Origin: Azolla caroliniana
Taxonomy: Eukaryota; Plantae; Polypodiophyta
Assembly: GCA_043228905.1 (NCBI GenBank)
Contig: JBHGNT010000014.1
Location: 372,001 to 436,000 of the forward strand
Length of the DNA stretch: 64,000 bases
Direction: 5' to 3'
A program made the position numbers and the translations under genes. Within the stretch, counting starts at the first letter, position 1, and each line of letters starts with the position of its first letter. Below the pieces are notes generated by a model. The model was given only the letters and a program-made list of their open reading frames with translations, did no database searches and had not been told where the DNA came from. Below, piece after piece: positions 25,006-36,867 of this stretch.

Positions 25006-25335
25006 AGAAGGGGTATGGTGGGGGTATGGGATACCAACATATCAACGCGGACCATACAATGTTTTTCCGACAACACAAGAAGCATAATGCATTACTTGTT
25101 GTGATGTGGATGATATAATTATCCCGGGTGACGATGAAGGAGAGATTGCCCAACTAAAGGTGCAACTGGGTAAAGAGTTTAAGGTGAAGGATCTAGGCTT
25201 GCTACGATATTTTATTGGAATTGAGGGGTATCTCGTGGGGGCAAAAAGAGTTGTCCTATCTCAGCGAAAATATGTATTAGATATTATCACAGAAACTGGA
25301 ATGTTGGGTTGTAGGTCCGTATTAGATATTATCAC
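25006..25335 (+). pseudogene. Copia RT fragment of the same family as the 45983-50992 element
   Basis: [48 protein letters not shown] closely parallels the 1509-aa ORF. Confidence 0.85.
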
Positions 25336-25411
25336 AATCTTCTGGGGCGAGAATCGCTGGTGGGCGAATGTTGGAAGACATCGCATGATCGATCGGTGCT
25401 CTGAAGAGAGT

Positions 25412-25575
25412 GACAATTGCGTGAATTCGATCGGATCGGATCATAACAACGCTCCAAAGAGATGGACAATCGCGTGAATTCGATCGGATTGGATTGGATC
25501 AAAACAACGCTCCAAAGAGATGGACAATTGCGTGAGTTGATCGGATCGGATCGGATCGGATCGATGCGTTCTGAA
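25412..25575. repeat. Three 52-59-bp tandem units containing (GATCG)n, upstream of SmD3
   Basis: GACAAT(T/C)GCGTGA.TT.GATCGGAT...AACAACGCTCCAAAGAGATG starts at 25412, 25464 and 25523. Confidence 0.8.
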
Positions 25576-25618
25576 GAGACCAGAGCCGAGGCCGAGACCG
25601 GCCACAAAAATCACACCA

Positions 25619-25650
<32 letters not shown>

Positions 25651-25913
25651 GGAGGAGGAGTACCCTAAACCAACAAGTTACAAAGACTCTCTGCTTCTGC
25701 TTCTGCTTCTGTTTCTGTTTCTCCTCTGTATAAAGAAACACCATAGCTCAGGCAGGAGGAGCAGGGTAGGGCCAACAGCAGAGAGTGGGAAAAGGAAAAG
25801 GGCTTCTTCTTCTTCTTCTTCTTCTTCAGTGTCCTCTGTATCAGTCTCCTCAGCTCCCAGCAGAGAAAGAGGAAGGAGGGGAAGGAAGAAAAACAGACAG
25901 AGAGACAGAGAGG

Positions 25914-28900
25914 ATGAGTAAGAGCTTAGGCATTCCTGTGAAGCTCCTTCACGAATCGGAGGGGCACATCGTGACGGTGGAGCTGAAGAGCGGGGAGCTG
26001 TACAGAGGCTCCCTCATCGAGTGCGAAGACAACTGGAACTGTCAGCTCGAGAACATCACCTACACCGCCAAGGTAAACAACCTCTTTCTCTCTCCTTCAA
26101 TCAAACCTTTGATTTCCTTCTTCTCTCCTTCAATCCTTTTAACTGTCTTCAACTGTTTCCTGTTTCCGCTTTCTTGATTTACTGCTCTGACTGTTTTTCT
26201 TCTTCTTCTTCTTCTTTTCCTTCGAGAACCCCAAACCCTAAACCCTAAACCTCGCCCCCTTTTAGCAAAACGCAAGGGCGGGAAGAACTGTTTCATCACG
26301 TATATTCTGACATGCGTGCTTTGAATCTGCTTGATATGCTTGTCCTCGTATTGCCTACTGTTTCTCGCTCTTAAAACCTGCCCTGTTTTCTCCATAGAAG
26401 CTTTGCTTTTGTTTGTAAACCCTATTATGATTGCTTTTGTTTCCCGAAGTTTGTACTCTATTATGATTGCTTTGCTCGTTTTGTGTTATATCTGACTCAA
26501 AATCTGAGCGTTTCAATTCTTGTGCGTGGTGGGTTCATGAGGCACTAACTGTTTTTCCTCTGTAAACGAAGCTTTGTTTTTGTTCTTAAACCCTAATGTT
26601 TTTACGGAAGGACAGAAAGTTTTCATCTTTCTGATTAAATACTTAACCCTTTCCATAAATACACAATCTTTGGTTTCCTTCATGAATCTGCCTGCTCTAA
26701 AAAAAGCCGAAACTATTTCTCTGTAAAACCTTTGTTTTTTTCCTAAACCCCGACTATCCTCTGCTACAATCAATCCGTGTCTCCTTCTCTATTGAATGGC
26801 AGTTTTGTAAAACCCTCTGAAGCTAATGGAAGGTTTGGTTCTGTTCTTAAACCCTAACTGTTTTTCGCACTGACGAAAGTTTTTATCTGGAGTTCTGAAT
26901 GAATTCTGCAATTGTATGTGGTTCTTTTCCTGCTAGATGTCAAGCATTTCGGTTTCACATCTCCTCCAAAGATTTAAATGGAAGAATCTCTTCCTAAATC
27001 CCTAATTGTTTTGTGAAATGACAAATTGTTCTGTTTTTCCTTGCTCTAACCTAAAGTGTTATGTAAAATGTCTTCACTAGTTGTCCATGAAAAGTTTGTT
27101 TTCGTTCTGAAGCCATTGCCACTATTGAGAAATTTCAAAAAACTAGTTTTTCTCACCTGTCCGCCTGAAGTTAGTGCTTAGATTCGGTTGCCCTTTGTGT
27201 GTAATATACATCTTCCTGAAGCTCGTTTGAGTGGAGTGTCTATGCCAAGTAGATGTTGCTCTTGGTTGTGTCATCTGGTAATCGCCCACTTCCTGTAGTC
27301 AGCACAATGTATTTAGTATTATTTTGAAAATAAGACTTATATATCTGCCTAAACACCATTTTTTGAACAGCTTCCTTTGTTAATTAGCAGTTTCTATGTG
27401 AGCATGGATTTTGGAAGTTGCTTGTAGTTCCAAGTAGACTACTACCCATATAAACGGCTTTATACCTATAATATGTCATATATCTGCCTGAAGTTCATAC
27501 TTGATTCTTGTTACCATTTCAAGTGGATCCATATCTTCATGTATTCTATTAAGTTAATCAAATGCTCTTAGTTTGTACACATATCTGTTATGATGCCAAT
27601 GTCATGGGCTGTGTATATGGAAAACACCTATTTGACGTTAAAAATACATTTGTTTTACTGTAGGAAGGGAGGGTATCTCAACTCGAACATGTCTTCATTC
27701 GAGGAAGCAAAGTCAGGTATATGAATTGTAACCATCATCTGCATGATTCTGCTGTGTTTGAAATGCTGCTTAATAAAGTACAGGTATATTTGCCAAAGAT
27801 TATCCAGTGACATCTGTTTTCAAATCCACAACAACCATTTGTTTGAATGTTATTCGTCCTCGTCGAATCACAATAAGGTAGTATAAAACAGAATTTCTCT
27901 GTGCACATGTGTGTAGTGTATCCGGCTATTCATCAATCTTTAATATGAAAATTACCATACCACCCCTAAGATTTGATGATATAGAGAAGTTTGCCTTGTA
28001 GTATCTAGAAACATCAGATTAGAGAAAAAGGGATATATATATATATATATATATATTCTTGCAAGGTATACTTAGCTTTTTCCTATTTGTAAAATGACAT
28101 GTTCATCCTATTTGCAAAATGATGCGTTTGCTCTCAATCGCTGTTCTAGTTCTCCGCTGATTCATTCATGTTCCCCGTGACTTGTTTACAAATAGAATTG
28201 CTGATTTTTATACGTGGACTGTTTGGTTTCTGAATAGTTGTCGGCAATGTCTCGGCTCAAGCCTGAACTGAGCTGTTAAACTGTTTGTTAAACGGTTTGG
28301 TGGTTGAGCTCGGTTCAGGCTTGAGATTCCTTCCTTAAGTGGTTTGAGCTCGGTTTGGCGAGGCTCAAGCCGAACCAAGCCGTTTTAGGGATTGTTTAAG
28401 GCTTAATTGGTTTGGTTTGGACAAGGCCAACCCGGTTAAGCCGAAACTGAACCGTTGACAATTTCTATGGTTTCAGAAGACAGTTCCACATTCTACTTTA
28501 AATGCACAAAAACAAGGTATAATTTACCTATATGGGAAGTCTAGAGATCAAGTAACTAAAGCCAAGCTGTGGACTATATCTGTGATCTTATTTCACTTAT
28601 CCTGGAATTTTTATGGTTTTGTAGGTTCATGGTTATCCCTGATATGCTAAAGAATGCTCCGATGTTTAAACGTCTGGACGCTAAAATCAAGGTGTATATT
28701 CCCTCTTTCTGTTTCTCAATGGTGTATAAATTGGTTTTGTATATTCTTTGATGTATCTTGACGGAGAATATTTTTGGTTTACATAGGGTAAAGGCTCAGG
28801 TGGTGTTGGAGTTGGCCGTGGACGGGTTGCTGCTCTTCGAGCAAAGGTATCTACATATATACATGTAGTTGCAAGTGATGAGAAATATTATTTAAATGAT

Positions 28901-29001
28901 GTATGGAATGATGAGAGTATGCTGTGCTGTTGTGTTTTCAGGCACGTGCTCCTGGAACGGCTGCACCACCAGGAAGAGGTGCTGCACCAGTGAGAAGATA
29001 G
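25914..29001 (+). CDS. SmD3: Small nuclear ribonucleoprotein Sm D3, 132 aa; exons 25914-26072, 27664-27716, 28625-28691, 28787-28846, 28942-29001
   Basis: [78 protein letters not shown] followed by an RG-rich tail. All introns are GT-AG and in phase. Confidence 0.96.
28232..28467. mobile_element. Degenerate hAT-like MITE in SmD3 intron 2
   Basis: Flanked by TGGTTTCT / TGGTTTCA. The ends are ..AGTTGTC / TTGACAATTTCTA, and AAGCCGAAC / GAGCTCGGTT subterminal motifs repeat inside. Confidence 0.6.
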
Positions 29002-30899
29002 GCATATCTCGTTAGCAAAATTTCAGTCAAACATGAGTGAGTGAAGGGGTAATGGGTGTTGGCAACCTATGTTTTAAAAGATATGGCATGAATATTTACT
29101 GTTTGATTTCCGAATAGCACAGAATGTTTTCATGTAATCTAAGGTTTTGTCCATTCAGTAACCACCCTTATTGAGGCTTGATGGTTTTTATGAATTGCTA
29201 TTGGATAGTCTCTCATATTCATTGACCCTCCAGGTTTCATGATATGAACAATGAAAACTCATGAAACTCTTCGATGAAGAATGTGTTTTTCATACAAAAC
29301 TGTGGCTTTCCCTAAACCCATAAGCGTATGAAATTGATAACTGTGGTGGTAGTTTGAAGAGCAGTCTATATATAAATTTGAGGTATATATATATGCAGTA
29401 CTTGTGTGTGCATGTGCCTTGCATTCTAGTATGTGCCTTGGTACCCGTAGGCTCTGGATTAGATGGATCCAAATTACAAAGGAGAGTATTATCTAGAAGA
29501 AAATGGAGTGTTTTTTATTTAATGGGGATGCAAGAAGAAATAGGGAGCAAGTGCATGTTGTGAAGGATAGTGTTATCGCTGTTATTGTATGGTTTGAACT
29601 TTGAAGTTGCTCGTGTCATGAATACCCAACAAACTTAGAAGCTAATGAAGTAATTGAAATAGAGTGGTATGAGTTGGAACTTGGAACCTATTAAAATTAT
29701 TGGAGGGCAAGTTAAATCATTTAAATGAAATGCTCTTTCAAAGAGTTGTAATAATGTGCCCTGACTTCCAATGCCCTGCAGAGATTGGTTTTTCTTTTGC
29801 TTTCCACACCCTATTGTACATATGTGGATGGTCAGAATGGCACTAACCCCCCATGCCACAACTTCGGTAAAAGGTTTTTGATCACAACATAAAACCTATT
29901 CTCTTGTCAGCTGACATGACCAAAGTTTCAAACTGGGAAAGGACACAAATTGAATCTAAGAGGAAAAGATTCTTCATCTACTAGGCTAGTAAGCTCATTT
30001 GTGCATGTTAAATGTACGTGCATGTCCATGGATCCTTTGCTCAATTAACCCAACTTTGGGTTCTAATTGATTAAATTGTGGCTGAATTAGTCGCAACCCA
30101 ATAATAATGCTAGCAACAACACTTTTTCAACAAAGTGAACCTTATATGATTATCTCAATTCTACCCTACAAGCTTAGATTACAACAAAGAACCTCTTTTG
30201 AATGAGATGCTGCAAGTATTGTTTCTTGGACCTTCTTGAATAATGGTTCCACATTGACACAGATGTACACAGCATTATCATGCTCACAACATGATGGGCC
30301 ACTAAGGAGTTTCCTTTCACTAGCCACAAACTACTCCTTTCATACCCTTTGCCAAGTTGCTTTTCTAAACACTTGATGGACAATTGAGTCCTAAGATGGG
30401 GGGATTCCACTTAATTGTGTAGGGTTTCCAGTGGAATTTATAATTTTGAGGATGTACAAACAAGGCAACGTGGCAAATATAGAAATTTGCATGCACTAAT
30501 TCCCGTTGTCTTTTAAAAAATGTAGTTATTTGAATGCACATTCAAAGTGTGATTTAATTCAGGTTTGTGGTAGTAGATAAAAATGCTAGTTATTGATAGT
30601 GTGGGGGTCTCATACAAAAGGTAAATCATGCTCATGTTGTGTGTTATCTTGCTCTCATGAAGTTTTGCATTAATCAACTACAACAATATGAAAATGGGTG
30701 TGGTGTCTTCATAATCACCTAAGTTCATGAGTATGTTACATGTAAACTATATATTTTAAACCATTGCTTTTGTAACAATTTGCTTAGTTTTGTCCAAATT
30801 TGGAAACCTACTTAGTTTTAAAAAAATAAAGAATGTTGTTTGTAGGTTGTTGTGTTTGCATTATTAGATGCAACATGGGTGGGTAACTTGGAGGTGTTT

Positions 30900-33800
30900 C
30901 TAATGGGCATAGCAAGGTGGGGTGTAAGCCTCAACAACAGATTGGGTTGTTACTATCTCATTTACTTGCCTGCAAGCTGCTACCAATGGTGATTTCGTAA
31001 AGGAGAGGTAGAAGACTTGCCTACATAAGTAGGCAAATGCAAGTGTTATAAAAATGGGTGGCAACAATAATGGCCCATATATGAATTTCTTCACGCCGAA
31101 ATAGCCGAGCATTGTAAGTTGCGATAAAAATAAGGCGGCCAAAATTCTCGAGTGTATATGTGGCCACATCCTACCTCCACTTTCATACCTCGGCACCACT
31201 ACATTCAATGCCTACTCAAAGTCACATTCAAAAAAACATAGGTTAAACGTAGTCATTTATATGATGAATGCAACTTCTTTTCTGTCATTCAAATCATTTG
31301 AAAGTATTCAAATAAAAAACCATGTGTTTTCTCCCAAACATGTTAGTGAATAATAGGTGCCAAATAGGTTTTCTATTTATGTATCTCTTAACTAGTGGCC
31401 AAAAGACTCTCATAAATTTATTGCTGACAAGTTGTAGCCTAGAAATTTATCTAGTAATTATTTTTGCATGCATGGAAAAGTATGTTTGCGTACTTGATGT
31501 TTCATGAGAAGCAATCCGAGGCCAAAGTAGATCACTGCGAAAGGAAGGATTGCAGGTGCAATGACGGAGTAACATATTGTGATTGTTAGAATGAGCATAT
31601 CTGCAGGTATGCATGTAGCATAACGGAACGGTGGAGGATACCATGCCTCTTGAACTTCTTCATCTGTCTCGCAAAAGAACCTCTTCTTTAGGTTGTAAAT
31701 AATGAGTGGAACAAGTCGTGTGAGTGTCAATCCATACCCCACAAAGAACCTGGTAACAACACAATTGAGCAACAATTAAGGTGGCAACTATACAATCCCA
31801 AGACACAAAGGAGATAGACATGATAAGAGCCTTTACTTCTTCCTTCATTGAGAGCAAGAATAACTTCAAGGTAGGCTATATTGCTCGACTATCTAGCTCG
31901 AGTAACACACAAAAGATTGTCTTAAATTAGGATGCGAGGTGTGAGATTTGGGATCCATGAAGTGTGAGTTGTGTTCTTGATCTAGAGATTAAGAGTTAAT
32001 CCACCCTAGAAAGCAACAAGCAAAAACAAAACAACCAATACCATAGGTCTAGTTGACGATGATATATTAACGTGGCTGATAAAAGTACATAGTTTATGGG
32101 ACCTAGAAAAGCATTGCATCATAGTCATATGGGGAGAGATATAAGAGGGTTTGAGTTTTTACCCATCCTTCTTGATATGAAGGGAGTGGTGCCTTGGACT
32201 CACATATCATTAGTGCTCTTATAACTTGAGTATTGCAAATAGTAGCTATTGGTGCCTATCTTATATCATCGATGAATGTATGCAAGTGTGTGGGCTACTA
32301 CTACCTCTTCGGCTCTAGATGCTCAATCATGGTTTGAATGAACATCTATAGAATCAATTCGCCTCTCGATTGGACCAAGATGGGTGCCAATCGAGATTGT
32401 AACCTTGCAATACGACACGACAACATGTGAAGGAAAGCAGAAACTTCATTTAGGTCAATAACTAAAGAGAGATGGTTAGGCAAGGTGCTCTCGACTATAT
32501 CAAAACACGAGGTTGTGTGTTAACTGTTATTACATACTTACTTACCGGGAGCGTGATACCATGATTACATACTTAACTTATGACGTGACGGACCGACGTC
32601 TATGCCAATACATACTATCGAAACATGAGACTTACAGATCGGAGCGTGATATCGACGGTGATTACACACTACGTGACTTACTTTACTGATCGGAGCGTGA
32701 TACCGATGCGATTATATACTTACTTGCAAGTAACTACGATACTACGAGATGAATGAGGGAAGAGTGGAGCGTGCTTATTTACTTTTAACTTAAAAAGATT
32801 ACCGGAGGGCGACGAACGAGATGAAGAAGGTGGCTTGCTTGGGGAGGGATTGGCCGAGGAGGGAGACGACGGACTTGGGGCGGTCGAGGATGCCGTTGAG
32901 GGAACTGAAGAGGGTGCCCGCGAGGCTGACCCCGAGGAAGACATTGAAGACGTTGAAATAGAAGTATTTCCCGGCGGCCGCACGATCCACGTGGCTGCGG
33001 GCCGGGATACCCTCCGCCCACGACAGCTTCTTCAGCAGCGCGGGCAACAGCATGAGGAAGACGGCCAGCACGATCTGCGGCAGGAAGGCCTGTAAGAGAG
33101 CGCTCACCACCGCCTGCTCCTCCACCAGCGGCCTCAGGAAGGGCAGCCTCTTCTGCAGATTCTCCAGGGAGATGATGGAGGAGATGAAGGCGATGGGGAT
33201 CATGTAGAAGAGTATGGTGATGGCCACCATGCCCGCCACGCCCAGGCGACGCAGCAGGCGCTGCGACGATGGGAGGGCCAGGTTCTCCCACACCATGTCC
33301 CGCGCCTCTGGGGCGCCGCTGCTCTGCCAGGCGTTGCCGTACTCGCTGTGCATCACCTGCGACGCCATGGTGGCGGCGGCCCGGCTGTTGAACACGGCGA
33401 TGGCGGCGATGGCGGCGGAAGCAGGATCCTGCTGGAGGAGGAGATTAGGGTTTCGGAGCTTGGACGACAGGTCTCGGATCTGTGCGTTGAAGTAGTGGAT
33501 GGAATCCACCCGCCGCCCCCCTACCAGCGGCGCAAGGACGCCCACGCCACCAGCTTTGTGGGTGGGCCGGATCCTCCCGCCCGCGGCCGCGTACGCTGCC
33601 TCCGCGTGGGCGAGCTTCCTTTCACACCGCTTCAGCTTACGGTACGTCTCCAATTCCTGTTTCAAACCACTTTGTTTCTCCAATTTTAATCTCTCCATCG
33701 TGTATATAATTATCAATCCATCGATCGAATGTGTCTGTCGTGCCGGATCACGTGAACGAAAACTTGTGATTCTAATGTTTTCGGTTGGGAACACACCTTT

Positions 33801-34035
33801 TATCTTATCTAGTGGGGGGTAATTATTCATTCTAATGTGTTTTATGAGATAGATTCGGTTCTAAGTTTATGGTACGTCATACCAATTCTTGTTTCCAAGC
33901 AACAATTTCTTTCTCTTGACTAATCCCTCAATCGTGTCTCGTGGACCCAATTTTGTGATTCTAATGTTTTTGGTTGGAACACAATTATCTATCTAGACAG
34001 GTATTCAATTCATGTTTTTATGTGAAGAGAGAGAC

Positions 34036-34092
<57 letters not shown>

Positions 34093-35814
34093 AGAGAGAG
34101 GGATTTAGGGACCTTGGCTATACTTGACGTGATGATGACGGAGCTCACATATGTATTGGGATGTAATCGAGCAAGGTATGAGTCGACCGTCTCATTCAAG
34201 CTCATTGATTTCATGATCGGAATGTCTCGGAACAGTACTGCATATTGCTCGGGCTTGGCTATATCCAAGGATTTAACTAGCAGCCTCAGACCAACCACAT
34301 GCTTGTATGCACTCCAAAGCACGTACAAGGTGGCAAATGTCAACCAGTAAGCCCCGAACGCAAACACCCACAGTCGGTTGCTACCATCCTATAAGAACCC
34401 ATGTTTTACTTATCATTGTGCACCCTTAATCAAATGATGTAAAAAACACCTATAGTGAGTGATCAGTAAGTCATCAATTTTCTCTGAATCTCCCTTCGTT
34501 ATCATACTAAGTTCTAATCACATCAATCAAATCATGTGCAATTTGTTTTAACATACTTGCACGTTGCCCATCCCAAGCTTGTCGAAATTGGTGAAGGAAA
34601 ATATAGCGCTTTTCTGGCGCTCAAAGTCTCCCCCCGTAGCACTAACGGGTATTAACACCACCACGGACACAATTGATGTATACAAGCAAATCCGTAATGC
34701 TGCATATTAGTAAACCATAATTCAGTCCCAATCTATTTATCAATTAATGAGGAATTACAATTAACGTGGAAATTAACCTTGTCTTTCTAGGTAATCTCGT
34801 AATGTATAGAAAGGTTTCAGACCCAAGTGTAAAATAGTTAAAGAGATTCATTATTTGATTAGGCTTATGGCGTTCGAAGTTTCATGTCACAAAATCTAGT
34901 TCCTTCACCCTATCAACATTGCCTTAATGCTATGATTTTGTTCTTTGTATTATTCTAGAAAAAAACAACAAAGTTGATATTGTAAACTCATGTTTAGGAG
35001 AAAACAAGTAGTTAACATTCACCATCATGAACTCAAACGAAATTGACGACTAATTTTTAAGAATCAAGAGGAGAAGAATAGGTTACTCGAGTTTCAAAAG
35101 CCCACAACCTTAATGTTGCAATGCCATCGGATCGATATAACATTTGAGTCCATCAAGTTCCTTTCAAAAAGGTAGCCTAGTGAATCTAAACTACCACTTA
35201 TACGCGAAGGGATTTCTATTTTATTTTATTTTTGTGGTTTAATACTACATATAAGGATCCATACCTTTTCATCCATATGCTTGTGGGGTGGCGACTAGTT
35301 TAAGTAGATACATACCATAATGGCCTACCATATGACCTATTCTAGAGCCAAGGGGCAAAAGTGATGACATTCGGATATCTAATATAATGACTCCAAAGGT
35401 TCCCCAATGGAAGCTCGTTCAAGAAGTCAAATATTGTTCATACTTACCGGAGCTATGGAAGATCATGTAGATTGTCGCATCAAGGCCTGCATTTTCCAAG
35501 ATTTGATCCTCAGTTGCTACGAAAGCCTCATAAATCCACGAAAAACAACTCCTCGATGTATCACGCCACGGTGGAACCACCAAGCGTTGCCTAAACGTTA
35601 TGTTACGGGTATCAAAACGGCTAGAATTAACATCCGATTGTAGACGCGTTGTAGCATTTCTAATATTAGCTTGATTGTGGGCGATGATTTTTGCGGGGTA
35701 ATAAATGACCGCATTTCGAGGATTGCGAGATAAAACGAGGGAATAGAGAAGGACAAGGAAAGCAAAGATGAGGAAAGACACGATCAAAGATGTCAGAAAG
35801 CTCGAGGTCTCCAT
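30900..35814 (-). CDS. ERD4: ERD4/OSCA (CSC1-like) hyperosmolality-gated cation channel; exons 35814-35448, 34699-34557, 34388-34113, ~33656-32803, 31749-31494, 31211-30900
   Basis: Contains METSSFLTSL..NAVIYYP..AGLDA.IY, FDKLGMGNV, PEQYAVLFRDIP, APEARDMVWENL, FYMIPIAFIS, GKYFYFNVFNVFLG, LPKQATFFISFVAL and PRYESGGRMWPHIH. The exon 4 acceptor is approximate. Confidence 0.93.
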
Positions 35815-36867
35815 TATGTTATAGTGGTGAACGATAGAATGGTTGTACCAAAATAAGGAGCGATTCACACTTTAGTTAAGCATGAAGCAATAGTTATGAA
35901 TCAAGCTAATCCATTGGTTAATTGAGAATGGTTATTAAGTAGTAGGGCAGTAGCTAAATATTATTGGCAAGGTGGTTGCAAGGTGTTTGGGTCTTTGATT
36001 GATTATATTCTATGTGTGTGAGGGATGATGTTATGGATATCAATGCACTATTCTTTAGCACTACTACCTGCGAGAAAATGAAATTTGAAGAGATGCTCTT
36101 GGTATTGCTTCATCGGAGCAACTTAGGCTTGATAATATCCAATGCTTTGATTTGAAGCTAATGTAAATACTTTTAAGTGAAAGTGGGAAAATCATAAATT
36201 TGTGTCATTCTTAGACAAAAGGGCCTCCTAAGGCCATGTGTGTGTACAGTGTGTGTGTATTCATGTCCATCCCTCGTACCCTCCTAATCATTATATTCTA
36301 TACCCAAACAATTATGTGACTTTATTGACTATTAACGTATGCGTATAATTTTATATAATCCACTAGTTGATTAATCATGTCCAAGTAAAAGTCAGCTAAT
36401 TATGGAATATATTCCCCCGTGATCCGTGTTAATTAATATTTTTGCGTGGTTTTAAGGGAAATTCCTATCATACCGAAGATAAGTGGACGAATTCGAGGCT
36501 CTCGGGCTTCGTTTGCCGAGAGACTATTGAATTCGATTGGAATCATGTGTTTCGAAACGGAATTTAGAGAAAAACCAGCGGTAAATAAAGAAGTAATAAT
36601 TCCTGGAATTTGTAAAAATGTCCCTCGCTATAATTCCTAGAATTTGTAAAAATGTCCCTTCCCTCTCTCTCTCTCTCTTTCTCTGTGCGCCGCGGCAGGA
36701 TAGCAGCAGGCAACTACCAGCATGGCTATGGCTATGGCTATGGCGATGGCCAAGCTCTCTCTGTTAAACCTGCAGACAATCTTCTCTGTTTAACCCCCCC
36801 CCTCTCTCTTCTTCTTCTTCCCCTTCGTTCGCATCAAGCGTATCTTCTGATTCCTCCCTTACCACCA

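Noticed and set aside
25412-25575. Repeat units resembling a CRISPR array
   Set aside because: No unique spacers, no cas genes and a eukaryotic context.
26232-26251. AAACCCT repeats (also TTTAGGG near 63347)
   Set aside because: Only 2-3 units; telo-box-like motifs, not an interstitial telomere array.
32720-33822. Several long overlapping ORFs on both strands
   Set aside because: By-products of the GC-rich OSCA exon 4; only one frame has family motifs and splice sites.
36722-36793. MAMAMAMAMAK... start upstream of DRC10
   Set aside because: Terminates after 23 codons; at most a uORF arising from an (ATGGCT)n repeat.
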